Positions 10,040 through 21,441 of a stretch of DNA of 64,000 bases are shown here, piece after piece. Position 1 is the first letter of the stretch. The number at the start of each line of letters is the position of its first letter. Source of the stretch: an uncultured Candidatus Saccharibacteria bacterium (GTDB lineage: Bacteria > Patescibacteriota > Minisyncoccia > SW-4-49-11); assembly GCA_964585065.1 (NCBI GenBank), contig CAZPCB010000001.1:226866-290865 (forward strand). Direction: 5' to 3'. A program made the position numbers and the translations under genes. A model generated the notes under the pieces. That model made no database searches. It was given only the letters and a program-made list of their open reading frames with translations, and was not told the origin of the DNA.

Positions 10040-12103
10040 TTATTTAATAATATCATTATCTTGTAATTCTTTTTCTGTAATAATCGCAATGCCTAATTTT
10101 TTTGCCTTTGCGAGTTTACTCCCAGCATCGAGCCCCACTATTAATATATCAGTTTTTGAACTTATCTGAGAAGCTACAATACCTCCCTGTTCTTCAATAA
10201 TTGCCTGTAATTCTTTTCGCGAAATGGTAGCAAATGTTCCGGTAATACAAATGGTTTTATTATTCCATTTCCCTTGTTTTACTGTTTCATATTCAATCAC
10301 AATACCAGATTCAATCAGTCTAGATATGATATCGATATTATGAGTATTATGAAAGAACTCAATAATAGACTGCGATACTTTATCCCCAATATCTGGAATA
10401 GTTTGTAATTCTTCAATTGTAGTTATCAGTAAATCATCTAATGATTTGAAAGTACGAGATAATTGTAACGCTGTTTGACTACCAACCATTGGGATACCAA
10501 GAGCCTGAATAAATCGCCTAAAAGAAATATGCTTAGCATTCTGAATACTGGTAAACAAATTATGGGCAGATTTTTCGCCAAAACCAGCAGTGATACGAAT
10601 ATCATCTAAAGTTAATGTAAATATATCATTAATATGTTGTAATAATCCTGCCTCTTGCAGGCGAATTAATAATTTTTCACTAAGCCCAACAATATGGAAT
10701 CCTTCTGCTGATACAGCATAAGACAAATATCCAATATTACGTGCAGGGCATTTTGCATTCGGACAATATCTATTCACTTGATTTTCTTGTTGCATAAGTG
10801 GAGTATCGCATTCAGGACAAGTATCTGGATATTGATATTCTTTTTCTATTCCGATTCTAAGCTCGGATAATACTTGTACAATTTCAGGAATTACATCGCC
10901 TGCTCGCCGAATAATAACAGTATCGCCAATTTTCAAATCTAATCTTGCAATTTCATCTTGATTATGAAGAGTTGCTCTGGTCACAATTACCCCATATACA
11001 TTAACCGGCTTCATAATTGCAACAGGAGTTACCTTCCCCGATCTTCCAACTTGAGAAATAATATTAACTACTTGAGTTGTTACCTCCTCAGCGGGGAATT
11101 TGTAAGCAATCATAAATCGAGGGCCCTTACCCGTAAATCCTAATTGCTCCTGTATAGTTTTATTATTTACTTTGACAACCATTCCATCATAGGCAAAATC
11201 AATACTATCTCTGAGTTCATATAAATATTTATACTGTTTTTGTACCTCTTGTATACTGGATACTAGTATATTTTCTTTAACCACCGGGAAACCTAAAGTC
11301 TTCAAAATCCAGTATTCCTCTTGTTGTGTTTGTTGTCCTAAATCAGTAATAAGCCCCCAAGAAAAAAAACTAAGCCCCCTACTCGCCGCAATGCTACTAT
11401 CTAATTGTCTGATTGACCCTGCGGCTAAATTTCGGGTATTAGCATATTCAGACTGACCATTTGTTTTTAATTCTCTATTCAATTTCTGTAATTGAGAATC
11501 TCGCATATACACCTCTCCTCTGACCTCACAATTACCTTCCCATTTCTCTTGAAACCGTATAGCCAAATCAGTATTATAGGATTTTAATTGTTGTATAGTA
11601 TCTTCTGTAATTGATATATGAAGAGGAATATCCTGAATAGTACGAATATTATGACTAATATTCTCCCCCTCTCTTCCATTTCCTCTTGTAAGCCCTTGTT
11701 CAAATTCTACATTATTATAGATAAGACTTACCGCAAGTCCATCTAATTTTAATTCTACAAAATATTGCCAATTATCATTATGAGATACAATACCCTTATT
11801 TCTTTGCTCCCATTGATATAATTCCTCTTCATCAAATACATCATTGAGGGATATCATCGGGACTTGATGAGCAATTTTCTCAAATTGACTTAATACTTCC
11901 CCACCCACTCTTTGTGTTGGGGAATCAGGAGTAATAAGTTCTGGATATTCTGTTTCTAATTTTGATAATTCATGCATCAAACTATCTAATACCCCTCCCG
12001 AAATAGTAGATTTATCATTAATATGATAGTTAGACCGATGATATTGAATTTCTTTTCTTAGTTTCTCTACTCTCTTTCTTGCCTCTGCTATCATATATAT
12101 CAA
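10040..12103 (-). CDS. ligA: NAD-dependent DNA ligase LigA
   Basis: Adenylation motif KLDG (VELKLDGLAVSLIY), Zn-finger cysteines, C-terminal BRCT; 687 aa. Confidence 0.95.
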   Translation of the reverse strand: MIYMIAEARKRVEKLRKEIQYHRSNYHINDKSTISGGVLDSLMHELSKLETEYPELITPDSPTQRVGGEVLSQFEKIAHQVPMISLNDVFDEEELYQWEQRNKGIVSHNDNWQYFVELKLDGLAVSLIYNNVEFEQGLTRGNGREGENISHNIRTIQDIPLHISITEDTIQQLKSYNTDLAIRFQEKWEGNCEVRGEVYMRDSQLQKLNRELKTNGQSEYANTRNLAAGSIRQLDSSIAASRGLSFFSWGLITDLGQQTQQEEYWILKTLGFPVVKENILVSSIQEVQKQYKYLYELRDSIDFAYDGMVVKVNNKTIQEQLGFTGKGPRFMIAYKFPAEEVTTQVVNIISQVGRSGKVTPVAIMKPVNVYGVIVTRATLHNQDEIARLDLKIGDTVIIRRAGDVIPEIVQVLSELRIGIEKEYQYPDTCPECDTPLMQQENQVNRYCPNAKCPARNIGYLSYAVSAEGFHIVGLSEKLLIRLQEAGLLQHINDIFTLTLDDIRITAGFGEKSAHNLFTSIQNAKHISFRRFIQALGIPMVGSQTALQLSRTFKSLDDLLITTIEELQTIPDIGDKVSQSIIEFFHNTHNIDIISRLIESGIVIEYETVKQGKWNNKTICITGTFATISRKELQAIIEEQGGIVASQISSKTDILIVGLDAGSKLAKAKKLGIAIITEKELQDNDIIK

Positions 12104-12600
12104 TCCGTAAATTTCTGTTCTAATGTCCTCTCTATAATAGTATTATCCCTAACTACTCTTCCTTTAGCAATAATAAGTGGTGGTATGGTAGGACTTACTA
12201 GAGTATTACCTGCTTGAAATTCAACCCTATATTGAATAGATGATCCACCTACACTAGATAATACAATCCAGTCCTTTCCGGAACTATCTGTTTGTATTGA
12301 TTCCCCAGTAATATTACTATTACCATTAGGCCAATTTTGCGAAGATCCATTAATTATACTTCCAGTAGAGGATGTAGTAAGAACAACATCCCTTGTTTGT
12401 GCCAGTCGATATTCCCACGCATCAATACCAGTATTAGCTGCCTGTATTGCCTGTTGTGAATACAGATTTTCTCGAGATATACGAGATTCAGCCGTAATCT
12501 TTTGTGATAAGGCAAGTAATAATATCAACATAACTGCTGAGACAATAATAGTAACAAATAGAGTAATATCTCCTTTATATTGTTGTGATATATGTTTCAT
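12100..12600 (-). CDS. PilX-like minor pilin / pilus-associated membrane protein
   Basis: N-terminal hydrophobic helix then ...AESRISREN...AIQAANTGIDAW, resembling the PilX N-terminal domain; head of the pilus operon. Confidence 0.45.
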   Translation of the reverse strand: MKHISQQYKGDITLFVTIIVSAVMLILLLALSQKITAESRISRENLYSQQAIQAANTGIDAWEYRLAQTRDVVLTTSSTGSIINGSSQNWPNGNSNITGESIQTDSSGKDWIVLSSVGGSSIQYRVEFQAGNTLVSPTIPPLIIAKGRVVRDNTIIERTLEQKFTD

Positions 12601-12606
12601 ATTATA

Positions 12607-13080
12607 TTAATTATTTCGTGGCATTGTAGTTGATTGCATGGTGACCGTATCTTTACCATCTACAGATTTAGCGGTAATCACTACAGTCACTATAGTTCCT
12701 GGGCTATTATTATTTACTGAACCACCATCCCCAGCCTTAATAAAAAAGCTAAGGTCCTCAACGGTAAATACACTGGAGTCAGTATAGGGCTTATCTAACT
12801 TCTTGATAATATTTCCGTCTTTCTTATAGCTTATATCTACCCCATCCTGATCTTTAAATGTTAACTCACTTGGGGTAAGACTAGAGATATCAGATGAAGT
12901 TCTCAACTCTTTATCTATCACATTCAAAATAAATTGCAAATTATCTCTTACATTATCACTTTGCTGAGACTCTCTTTGATATTTAATAATATCAGTTATA
13001 GGCTGTGCTACTACAAGTATAATAATAGATAATATCCCTATTACCACCGTAAGTTCTGCTAATGTAAATCCTTTTTTCAT
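12607..13080 (-). CDS. type IV pilin-like protein (prepilin-type N-terminus)
   Basis: MKKGFTLAELTVVIGILSIII class III signal peptide with G-FTLxE. Confidence 0.75.
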   Translation of the reverse strand: MKKGFTLAELTVVIGILSIIILVVAQPITDIIKYQRESQQSDNVRDNLQFILNVIDKELRTSSDISSLTPSELTFKDQDGVDISYKKDGNIIKKLDKPYTDSSVFTVEDLSFFIKAGDGGSVNNNSPGTIVTVVITAKSVDGKDTVTMQSTTMPRNN

Positions 13081-13254
13081 ATTTATATTTTATATATAAT
13101 AATTATACTGTATATTCATAATTATATCAACTTCAGATTAATTGATTCAAGGACATATATTGAAATATGAGTATTATAAAAAATTTGTTATATTATTATA
13201 TCTTGCACCTGAGTCGCTACAACCACTTCTATTAACAGATTTTATAAAAACATA

Positions 13255-13782
13255 TTAAGGAGCGCTATTCAAAAATGTATTAAACAATTCCATATTTGCT
13301 GAATATATTTTTGTTTTATTATTGAGTCTTGGGTTATTCACTATAACGGTACTTGTTACGGTAATTTTACCAGTAGCATTAAGAACCGTAATATAACGGT
13401 ATAGGATATTCCCTGATGGATTTAATGTAAACCCATTAACTGAATCCTGTGTTAAAGAACAAGAATTATTAAGTGTTGATACATTACAATTAGATGTGGT
13501 ACTTAATCCTCCTTTAATATCTGTTTTAGAATCTACTGCATAAGTACCATCTAGCAATCCCGCATTCCATGTCCCTGTATCATTAAGATTACTTTCATAT
13601 ATTGCCCTTACTATTTCTAAGCCCTCTGACATTAATAAATTAGCAGTATTGTCATATTGGTTATTAGATTGAGCTTTAATAATACCTGCCTGTAAATCTA
13701 AAAGTGCTATAAAGGAAATTGACAATATCATTGTTGCTACTATTGCTCCTACTAATGTTGCTCCTCTTTTCATTTTATTCAA
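13255..13782 (-). CDS. minor pilin-like protein (degenerate prepilin motif)
   Basis: MNKMKRGATLVGAIVATMIL is prepilin-like but lacks Glu at +5. Confidence 0.4.
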   Translation of the reverse strand: MNKMKRGATLVGAIVATMILSISFIALLDLQAGIIKAQSNNQYDNTANLLMSEGLEIVRAIYESNLNDTGTWNAGLLDGTYAVDSKTDIKGGLSTTSNCNVSTLNNSCSLTQDSVNGFTLNPSGNILYRYITVLNATGKITVTSTVIVNNPRLNNKTKIYSANMELFNTFLNSAP

Positions 13783-14272
13783 CCTTAATTAATCCAGAAT
13801 CTTTTGTGACAGTGATTGTTTTTTCCACCACTCCTGATCCTGTCAATTCTAATTGTATTGATTGTGCTGTGGATCTATTATTAGCAAAAGGTAATCCGAA
13901 TTCAAATTTCCCTCCCGACTTAAATGTAGCACTTTGTAATACTATGTCTGCACCATAATAAGAGAGAGGAGGAGTAGTAGTACATGCCCCTGACTGCTCC
14001 ACAACATAATAACTTCTAATTGTCTTTGGTGCAGTTACCTCCACCCCCATAGCACAAAGCTTATCATCAATTCCTATTCCAGTTAAATCACTTCGAGAAG
14101 GCGATAAAGCTCTATTCTGAGCTTGTCTAATAGCAGAAGTCACTGTTATTACATCTGACTTTAATTGTGCGCTACGCTGAGCAGTAACATAAGTCTGTAT
14201 ACCAATAACAGATAATATGGTGATAATGGATATGGATACGAGTAATTCTGCTAATGTAAATCCTTTTTTCAT
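13775..14272 (-). CDS. type IV pilin-like protein (prepilin-type N-terminus)
   Basis: MKKGFTLAELLVSISIITIL. Confidence 0.75.
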   Translation of the reverse strand: MKKGFTLAELLVSISIITILSVIGIQTYVTAQRSAQLKSDVITVTSAIRQAQNRALSPSRSDLTGIGIDDKLCAMGVEVTAPKTIRSYYVVEQSGACTTTPPLSYYGADIVLQSATFKSGGKFEFGLPFANNRSTAQSIQLELTGSGVVEKTITVTKDSGLIKVE

Positions 14273-15108
14273 TTTGATATATTATATATAATCCAATAAT
14301 ACCATATATTAGTACTTGGGACAAGCTGTACTTGAATTAAGGTATATATTATTACAAATGAAAGTATAATACTTGGTCCAAAAGCAATTTTTTGCTTCAG
14401 AGAAGAATTTTTATTCACAATCATCAACAATACTCCCCAAATTGTACCAATCACAAAAGAGCCAAAGAAAAACGGAATAGCCCACATTAAAGGAATAAAA
14501 AAACCAAGTCCTAAAAATAATTCTATATCACCCCAACCTATACCCTGTTTTTTGGTAATAATATATAAAAATAATACAATACCAGCACTAATAATAGCAG
14601 TTATGAGTGAATCGGGTATAATAGGTCTTGTTTGATAATACTCTAGACAGAAATATATTAGACCCAATATTTGTATAGCTCTTAGCTGAATTACGGAAAT
14701 TAATTGATACTGCAAATCATATACAAAGACAATAATAAGTTGAGTTATAAGAATACATATAATAAGCCCTCGTATATATTGTATAGGGGTAAAACTATAC
14801 AGAGATATTAAATCTGGAATATACAAATAAGCAAATCCTGTAAACAGTATCGCTGTTAATAATTCAACCAGAGGGTATTGCAGAGATAGCTTCACTTGAC
14901 ATTCTCTACATCTACCTCTCTGTATAATATAAGAGAATAGTGGTATAAGCTCATACCATTCAAGAGTATGATGACAACTCATACATTCTGATCTACCATT
15001 CCAGAATTTTTTCTCGGTAGTCATCCTGAATAACACCACATTCAAAAAACTCCCAATCCCAAGACCTAAAATAAATATTATTCCTAATATATAATATATT
15101 GCATCCAT
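14269..15108 (-). CDS. pilD: prepilin peptidase (A24 family)
   Basis: Polytopic membrane protein with N-terminal Cys motif CMSCHH...CRECQ typical of PilD. Confidence 0.85.
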   Translation of the reverse strand: MDAIYYILGIIFILGLGIGSFLNVVLFRMTTEKKFWNGRSECMSCHHTLEWYELIPLFSYIIQRGRCRECQVKLSLQYPLVELLTAILFTGFAYLYIPDLISLYSFTPIQYIRGLIICILITQLIIVFVYDLQYQLISVIQLRAIQILGLIYFCLEYYQTRPIIPDSLITAIISAGIVLFLYIITKKQGIGWGDIELFLGLGFFIPLMWAIPFFFGSFVIGTIWGVLLMIVNKNSSLKQKIAFGPSIILSFVIIYTLIQVQLVPSTNIWYYWIIYNISK

Positions 15109-15199
15109 ATTATTTTATTTGTCTTTATACACAATATATTCCAATTATTTTGATAGATAAAAGATTAAACAATCTCTTATCTATACAAAGTAATTTGAA

Positions 15200-15616
15200 T
15201 TATGGACAAGTTGCTCCAGCTCCTGGATTGAATGGCGTGGTATACGTTTTACTAGTACCAGTACTATCCACACATATAGCTGTAATACCAGCGCCCCAAG
15301 CCCCAGTACTGCTAGGGGTTGTATAAGCTCGATAAGTTGCTGATCCGTCAGCACTTCCTGTTAATGTAGTTCCTTGGCTATTGGCAACGCTTTGTGCAAT
15401 ACTAGTTAAAGTTGATACTGCTGGATAACTACCATTTGCATTGACATTTAACTCCATATATGTTCTAACCTGGCCCAAAGCCGCAAGAATAGCAGCTGCT
15501 CTAGCTTTTTGACGAGCTTGAGATACATTGACGAGTACAATAGCTGCTAAAATACCAATAATAGCAATAACAACCAAAAGCTCAATGAGTGTAAATCCTT
15601 TTTTTAACTGTTTCAT
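15200..15616 (-). CDS. pilA: type IV major pilin
   Basis: [27 protein letters not shown]; Ala/Thr/Gly-rich; C-terminal Cys pair (disulfide D-region). Confidence 0.8.
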   Translation of the reverse strand: MKQLKKGFTLIELLVVIAIIGILAAIVLVNVSQARQKARAAAILAALGQVRTYMELNVNANGSYPAVSTLTSIAQSVANSQGTTLTGSADGSATYRAYTTPSSTGAWGAGITAICVDSTGTSKTYTTPFNPGAGATCP

Positions 15617-15659
15617 TTGTTTACACCCCCCTTCTGTATATATTTCATATATATATATA

Positions 15660-16877
15660 TTAAATTGAACCTGCTATATTGTAAATAGGAAGCAATATAG
15701 ATACTACAAATATTGCAACTCCTATTCCCAGTACTACTATCATAACTGGCTCCAATAATACTGTTAAATTAGCTACGACATTATCTACTTCTGTTTTATA
15801 AAATCGTGATAATGTTTTTAATACAGAATTCATTTTTCCCGTTTTCTCTCCTACCGATATAATTTGAGATGCCACGTATGGGAATTCCTTATGCTGTAGC
15901 AGTGCCTTGGATAATTCTCCACCATCCTTCATAGTATTAATAGCGTCCTGAATAATATTTTTGAATACAATATTACCCACTACCATTGAACTAATTTCAA
16001 GAGATGTAAGAATAGGAACTCCTCCCTGTAATAGAGTGTTCATATTGGAAGAGAAACGAGTTACATATAATTTTACAAATAATGCTCCAAAAAGTGGCAA
16101 TTTTAATTTCCATTTATCAGCCCATCTTGCACCCCCCTCTGTACGAAGAAAGAGTATAAATCCTCCCACAAAGAGTATAAGTCCTCCTACTATAACTCCT
16201 ATAAATTGTTGTAATAGCTTAGAACCCAATATAATAAGTTGTGTAGTCCAAGGTAATTGCACATCTGTCCCTAAATCATTAAGAACTTGTACTAATTGTG
16301 GTAGGACAAAATATGCGATACCAAGTCCAATAATAAAAAACACTAATAATACAAATACCGGATATGCTAAAGCTCCCTTAATTTTATTATTCAAATCATA
16401 TTGCCCCTCAAGATAATCCGCCATATATAAGAGAGATTCTTGTAATCCTCCTGCAGCCTCCCCAGAACGCGTCATAGCAACATATAATTGGCTGAATACT
16501 TTTGGATGCTTCGCCATTGATTCAGATAATAAATTACCATCTTGAACATCTGCTATTAATTGATCGAGTATTGATATAAAGTATTTATTCTTCTTATTCT
16601 GCTCCCTTATTAATGACAGAGCCTCCACAAGAGGAATTTGTACTTCTAAAAATGTTGCCATTATACGAGAAAATATTACTAATTCTCTTTCTGATACCCT
16701 ATTAAATATTTCTAAATCTTGTTTAAAAACAGATTGTTGATTTGTATTTTTCAGAGAAATAACAATAAGTCCCTTAGATTGTAAATTTGTTAAGGCAATA
16801 TCTGCATTAACAGCATTGATAAAACCTTGTCTTGATTTCCCATCTTGTGATTTTGCTAAATAACTAAACTTTGCCAT
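15660..16877 (-). CDS. pilC: type IV pilus platform protein PilC (GspF family)
   Basis: 405 aa, two GspF-type repeats, three TM segments. Confidence 0.9.
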   Translation of the reverse strand: MAKFSYLAKSQDGKSRQGFINAVNADIALTNLQSKGLIVISLKNTNQQSVFKQDLEIFNRVSERELVIFSRIMATFLEVQIPLVEALSLIREQNKKNKYFISILDQLIADVQDGNLLSESMAKHPKVFSQLYVAMTRSGEAAGGLQESLLYMADYLEGQYDLNNKIKGALAYPVFVLLVFFIIGLGIAYFVLPQLVQVLNDLGTDVQLPWTTQLIILGSKLLQQFIGVIVGGLILFVGGFILFLRTEGGARWADKWKLKLPLFGALFVKLYVTRFSSNMNTLLQGGVPILTSLEISSMVVGNIVFKNIIQDAINTMKDGGELSKALLQHKEFPYVASQIISVGEKTGKMNSVLKTLSRFYKTEVDNVVANLTVLLEPVMIVVLGIGVAIFVVSILLPIYNIAGSI

Positions 16878-16887
16878 ATTGTATATA

Positions 16888-17961
16888 TTATAATGTTGAT
16901 CTTTTTAGCATATTCCTCAAACTAATGGGGTCAGGGGAATATAATAAAGCCGTTTCGAATGATACAATTCCTGTTCGAATAAGATCAAATAATGATAAAT
17001 TCATAGATATCATACCTTCTTTACGATGAGTTTCAATAACAGTGTCCAATTGATAAATTCGATTTTCTCGAATAAGACTTTTTACCGCATTATTAGCTAA
17101 TAGGATTTCAAGAGCTGGAGTTAAATCTCCTTTAATAGTAGGTATAAGTCTCTGTGAGACAACAGCTTGTAGAGATGTAGATAATTGAGATCTTACCTGT
17201 CCTTGTTGATGAACAGGGAAGGTATCAATAATACGGTCAATGGACTGGGCAGCACTATTGGTATGAAGTGTTGAAAAAACAAGATGCCCTGTCTCAGCTG
17301 CAGTTACTGCAACTTGAACAGTATCCAAATCTCTCATTTCCCCTAAAAGAATAACATCTATATCCTGACGAAAAGATGATTGAAGTGCATTGGTAAAACT
17401 TTTAGTATCATAACCTACTTCTCTTTGAGTAATAATACTTTTATCTGAAGTATAAATAAATTCAATTGGATCTTCAATAGTAACAATTTTTACATCTCGG
17501 GTATGATTAATCTCATTAATCACTGATGCCAATGTAGTAGATTTACCCGAACCTGTTGGCCCGGTAACAAGCACAAATCCTTGCATTAATTGAGAGAATT
17601 GATGCATAACAGAGGGAAGCCCCAATTGCTCAAAGGTTAAAATCTCAGATGGTAAATATCTCATTACCAGATTAGGATTAGCTTGAGCAATAAAAGCATT
17701 TACACGGAATCGAGCATTTGATTCAGGGAATGTATAGGCAAAATCTTGTTCCTCACCAGCATATAAGGCTATTACTTGATCTTCTCGTAAAATAGATTTT
17801 AAGAATTCATCAAGAACCTCCTTAGTTAATACCGGCTGATCTTCAAGAGGAATTAATCTATTCTTAATTCTAAGTACTGGTTTACTCCCCGTAGTAAGAT
17901 GAATATCTGATCCTTTGGTATTTACTATTTGTGTTATTATTAGTTTTAAATCGATTGACAT
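16888..17961 (-). CDS. pilT: twitching-motility retraction ATPase PilT
   Basis: Walker A GPTGSGKSTT; 357 aa PilT/PilU-size secretion ATPase. Confidence 0.9.
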   Translation of the reverse strand: MSIDLKLIITQIVNTKGSDIHLTTGSKPVLRIKNRLIPLEDQPVLTKEVLDEFLKSILREDQVIALYAGEEQDFAYTFPESNARFRVNAFIAQANPNLVMRYLPSEILTFEQLGLPSVMHQFSQLMQGFVLVTGPTGSGKSTTLASVINEINHTRDVKIVTIEDPIEFIYTSDKSIITQREVGYDTKSFTNALQSSFRQDIDVILLGEMRDLDTVQVAVTAAETGHLVFSTLHTNSAAQSIDRIIDTFPVHQQGQVRSQLSTSLQAVVSQRLIPTIKGDLTPALEILLANNAVKSLIRENRIYQLDTVIETHRKEGMISMNLSLFDLIRTGIVSFETALLYSPDPISLRNMLKRSTL

Positions 17962-17971
17962 ATATCTGTGT

Positions 17972-18352
17972 TTAAGATGTTGGTAAATACTTTTGTACCG
18001 TACGCATTACCTCAGTAGGAGTATAATTTGATTTTACAATATAATCAACTGCCCCAAGCTCAAAAGCTTGATTAATATCAGCCTGAGAAGATAAATTACT
18101 CAAGACCACTACAGGAATATCTTTAAGATTAGCTTGCTTTTTTATCCATTGCAATATATCAAATCCACTCACATCAGGAAGTATAAGGTCAAGAAGAATT
18201 AAACTAATTTGTTTTCCATTTTTAGCAAGAATATCCTTTACCTCAGGTTGATTAGAGGCGGTAAATACATTAAAACCTAATTCATCAATTTTTGTAGCAT
18301 ACATTTGTGTAATGAAACTATCATCCTCAATCAATAATATGTGATTCTTCAT
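17972..18352 (-). CDS. stand-alone response-regulator receiver (CheY/PilH-like)
   Basis: LLIEDD...LILLDLILPDVSGFDI receiver motifs; 126 aa; lies between pilT and pilB. Confidence 0.75.
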   Translation of the reverse strand: MKNHILLIEDDSFITQMYATKIDELGFNVFTASNQPEVKDILAKNGKQISLILLDLILPDVSGFDILQWIKKQANLKDIPVVVLSNLSSQADINQAFELGAVDYIVKSNYTPTEVMRTVQKYLPTS

Positions 18353-18409
18353 ATATATGTTTATTTACTCTTATTCTGTATTAATAATATCATATCTTTA
18401 TGATTTTGC

Positions 18410-20158
18410 CTATATCTCTATAGTTGTTAATAACTCTGGGAGAGAAAGATATCCCTGCAATACCTTTAATATACCATCTTGTTTTAGGGTAACATAATCA
18501 TGGGCTCGAAGATATTCAGAAACCTCATTTTCATTGAATTTTTTTTCTACAATTGCTTGTAATTCCTCTGTCATTACCACTACCTCAAAAATTGCCATTC
18601 TTCCTTTGAATCCACCCGAGCATTTAGCACAGCCCACAGGCGTGTATAATGTATCATAATTACCATTATATACTTCTTTGATATATTCGGGAGTTAATGT
18701 AGTCAAAGACTCTTGTATATATTCTCTTTCTTTTCCATCTAAGGGAACTGCTTGTTTACATTCCTCACATAATTTTCTTACTAATCGCTGTGCAATAACT
18801 ATTTGTAGTGAGGCAGATAACAAAAATGGCTCTACCCCCATATCAATAAGCCGAGGTAATGCTCCTGGAGCATCATTAGTATGTAGAGTTGAGAACACAA
18901 TATGCCCCGTTAAAGCTGATTGTACCGCAAGCCCTGCGGTTTCACCATCTCGGATTTCTCCTACCATAATAACATCTGGATCCTGCCTCAAAATTGATCT
19001 AAGTCCAGAAGCAAAGGTATAATTTATTTCTGGCTTTACCTGAGACTGATTAACTCCAGATAAATAGTATTCTATTGGATCCTCTAATGTCACAATATTA
19101 ATATCATCCGTATTAATTTGTGATAACAGAGTATAAACTGTAGTTGATTTACCCGATCCCGTTGGTCCTGTTAATAGAAGCATACCAAATGGTTTTTTGA
19201 TTGCTTCTTGAATCAAGTTTACTCGAGGACCAATAAATCCTAATTGCTCTAATGATCTAATACCGTCCGAAGTATCTAAAATTCTCAATACTACCTTTTC
19301 TCCATATTGGGTAGGGAAAGTCGATACACGAAAATCTACTTTTTTATCTTTATCTAAAATAGAAAATCTTCCATCCTGGGGCTTTCTTTGCTCATCAATT
19401 TTGAGATTTGATAAAATTTTAATACGAGCAACAACGGGAGAATGGGCTTCTTTTGGTAAAATCAAACTAGTATGTAATACTCCATCCACACGAAATCTTA
19501 CCCGTACCGATTCATCAGTTCCTTCAATATGTATATCTGATGCTCCTCCTTCTACAGCATTTCTAATAATAACAGATACCATTTTGATAATAGGAGCACT
19601 TTCTAAATTTTCTGTTGTAATACCTGTGGTATCTGGGAGTATTTGTTCTGCTTCATTTTTTTGATGAAATTCCTCAAGATTTTCTGTAACTGCATTTTTT
19701 AAAGTTCCTGTTCTTTTGAGAGTTCGTTTAATATCTGATTCTATTGCGACAAATAACTCAAAAGATATTTTTTTTTCTTGAAAAATAAACTTAAGAGCTT
19801 GTATAGCAGTATAATTTTGTGGGTCAGCAATAGCGATAGAAATAGTATTATTTTCTTGTGCAAAAGGAATTAAGGTATATCTTTGCATAATATTAACCGG
19901 TAAAATATCATATAATTCTTTTGGTATACTAATATTCTCTAAATCTATAAATTCTAATCCCAAAATTTGAGCATTTACTGTTATTAATTCTTTTTCCGTA
20001 AAATTTTGCTCGAGAAAGGCTTTAATTTCTGATTCTGTTATAGTATCAAAAGAAGCTATTGACTTAAATTTATCAGGAAATTCATTTTTCAACAATTCAA
20101 ATGTTTTTTTTAAATCTAATTGCATATTATAACTTAAAATAACTACTAATAGTATCAA
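18410..20158 (-). CDS. pilB: type IV pilus assembly ATPase PilB (GspE family)
   Basis: N-terminal T2SE_N-like domain; Walker A LLTGPTGSGKSTT; C-terminal tetracysteine. Confidence 0.9.
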   Translation of the reverse strand: MILLVVILSYNMQLDLKKTFELLKNEFPDKFKSIASFDTITESEIKAFLEQNFTEKELITVNAQILGLEFIDLENISIPKELYDILPVNIMQRYTLIPFAQENNTISIAIADPQNYTAIQALKFIFQEKKISFELFVAIESDIKRTLKRTGTLKNAVTENLEEFHQKNEAEQILPDTTGITTENLESAPIIKMVSVIIRNAVEGGASDIHIEGTDESVRVRFRVDGVLHTSLILPKEAHSPVVARIKILSNLKIDEQRKPQDGRFSILDKDKKVDFRVSTFPTQYGEKVVLRILDTSDGIRSLEQLGFIGPRVNLIQEAIKKPFGMLLLTGPTGSGKSTTVYTLLSQINTDDINIVTLEDPIEYYLSGVNQSQVKPEINYTFASGLRSILRQDPDVIMVGEIRDGETAGLAVQSALTGHIVFSTLHTNDAPGALPRLIDMGVEPFLLSASLQIVIAQRLVRKLCEECKQAVPLDGKEREYIQESLTTLTPEYIKEVYNGNYDTLYTPVGCAKCSGGFKGRMAIFEVVVMTEELQAIVEKKFNENEVSEYLRAHDYVTLKQDGILKVLQGYLSLPELLTTIEI

Positions 20159-20309
20159 AGCTAGGTGCTACTATATCGGTATCCCCAACAGATATATGAT
20201 TTAATATAATAGCAAATATTTGATATCCAAAATAGCCTACAGCTATAATACTAACTGATACTATAATGAATTTGTGATACCTTTCAATAATTTGAGATAT
20301 ATTTTTCAT
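20127..20309 (-). CDS. small membrane protein (hypothetical)
   Basis: 60 aa with a single TM helix, between pilB and pilO-like; overlaps the pilB start. Confidence 0.2.
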   Translation of the reverse strand: MKNISQIIERYHKFIIVSVSIIAVGYFGYQIFAIILNHISVGDTDIVAPSFDTISSYFKL

Positions 20310-20311
20310 AT

Positions 20312-20842
20312 TTATTTATAATATGTTATTGCATTAATAGTTCCCTCTATATTACCTAATCCTTTAGCAAAAGATAAGCTAACGGCATTCACCCCTATAT
20401 ATCGCTTTGATTGTGTTAATTTCTGTAAAAAAGTATATATTTCTCTTTTACCTCCAGTTATTCTTAATAAAATATTCACTGGCCTTAATGTATTAATAGA
20501 AGTATTATTGGTATCTAAGTTATTAGTATCTTTTATTAGTGAACCCTGCTCATCTACAGAGATGGAAGCTATTTCAATATTAGATTCTCTTGCAAATTGT
20601 GTAAATTCTGTTGTAATCGCGGTCTTATCCAGTGAATCTGGTGTGAATTCATTTATTCTTTTTGCCAATTCTGAGGGCGACTTTTGATCAGCAAATGATT
20701 GGGTAATTTGTGTTTTTTTCTGTAATTCCTTTACTCCAGAGAATTTACTTGTCAAAAAATCAGTATAAAAATTAGTTATTGTCCAAATCAAAGTAATAAA
20801 TATAATACAGAATGAAATGGATAAAAGGGTTTTTTGATTCAT
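20312..20842 (-). CDS. PilO-like pilus assembly protein
   Basis: Single N-terminal TM plus periplasmic domain; position downstream of pilM and pilN. Confidence 0.4.
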   Translation of the reverse strand: MNQKTLLSISFCIIFITLIWTITNFYTDFLTSKFSGVKELQKKTQITQSFADQKSPSELAKRINEFTPDSLDKTAITTEFTQFARESNIEIASISVDEQGSLIKDTNNLDTNNTSINTLRPVNILLRITGGKREIYTFLQKLTQSKRYIGVNAVSLSFAKGLGNIEGTINAITYYK

Positions 20843-20847
20843 ATCAT

Positions 20848-21441
20848 CTACTTTAACTTAATCAATATATCAAGACTAACTCCACTACCCTCAGAATTCT
20901 TCCTAATATCTGAGGAAGAAGCATCTATAACACCTTTAACCTCCTTTATCTTAGATATTTGAGAATTAGCATCATCAAAAGAAAGCGCTTGTGCTGAAAG
21001 AATAATAGTCTTTTTTTGTGTACTATATACCCAAGAACTTGTTTTAAACCCAGTAGTATATGTTGCTTCAATTTCTTTCATAATTTCAACTGGATCATAT
21101 GTTTGAGAAATCAATGTATTCACATTATACACTGTTTTTTCTAAATCATCTTTTGGATAATATACACTATTTCTTTCATTTAAATCTGCTAAAATTTGAT
21201 TATATTCATTCGTAGGCTTTATAATATAAACCCAATAAACAGCACCCAATACTCCTATGTATATAATTAATGTCAATATAAATCCAATAATATACCCCCG
21301 ATAAGGATGCTCCTCTTTAATAGTCACATATCCCTCTGAGCCTTTTTGTCTATTAGGAATAAAGCTAATATTTTCCATATTATTCGACATAATCTTTAAG
21401 TGAAATACCAATTGACAATACCAAATCATGCCAAATTGCAT
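20848..21441 (-). CDS. PilN-like pilus assembly protein
   Basis: Bitopic protein directly downstream of pilM. Confidence 0.45.
   Translation of the reverse strand: MQFGMIWYCQLVFHLKIMSNNMENISFIPNRQKGSEGYVTIKEEHPYRGYIIGFILTLIIYIGVLGAVYWVYIIKPTNEYNQILADLNERNSVYYPKDDLEKTVYNVNTLISQTYDPVEIMKEIEATYTTGFKTSSWVYSTQKKTIILSAQALSFDDANSQISKIKEVKGVIDASSSDIRKNSEGSGVSLDILIKLK

Noticed and set aside
15961-19664. Antisense ORFs within pilC and pilB (15961..16416, 18678..19022, 19401..19664) and similar ones in other genes (2044..2364, 6153..6374, 7269..7583, 9495..9716, 10958..11143, 24416..24634, 25452..25685, 26516..26719, 27271..27456, 27696..27926, 29278..29508, 35502..35768, 37072..37287, 38576..38930, 38875..39144, 40887..41087, 44078..44344, 47812..48054, 48372..48602, 49174..49392, 53853..54044, 54550..54750, 58547..58834, 59414..59674, 60357..60602)
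   Set aside because: They are embedded opposite or out of frame within confidently assigned conserved genes and give low-complexity translations.
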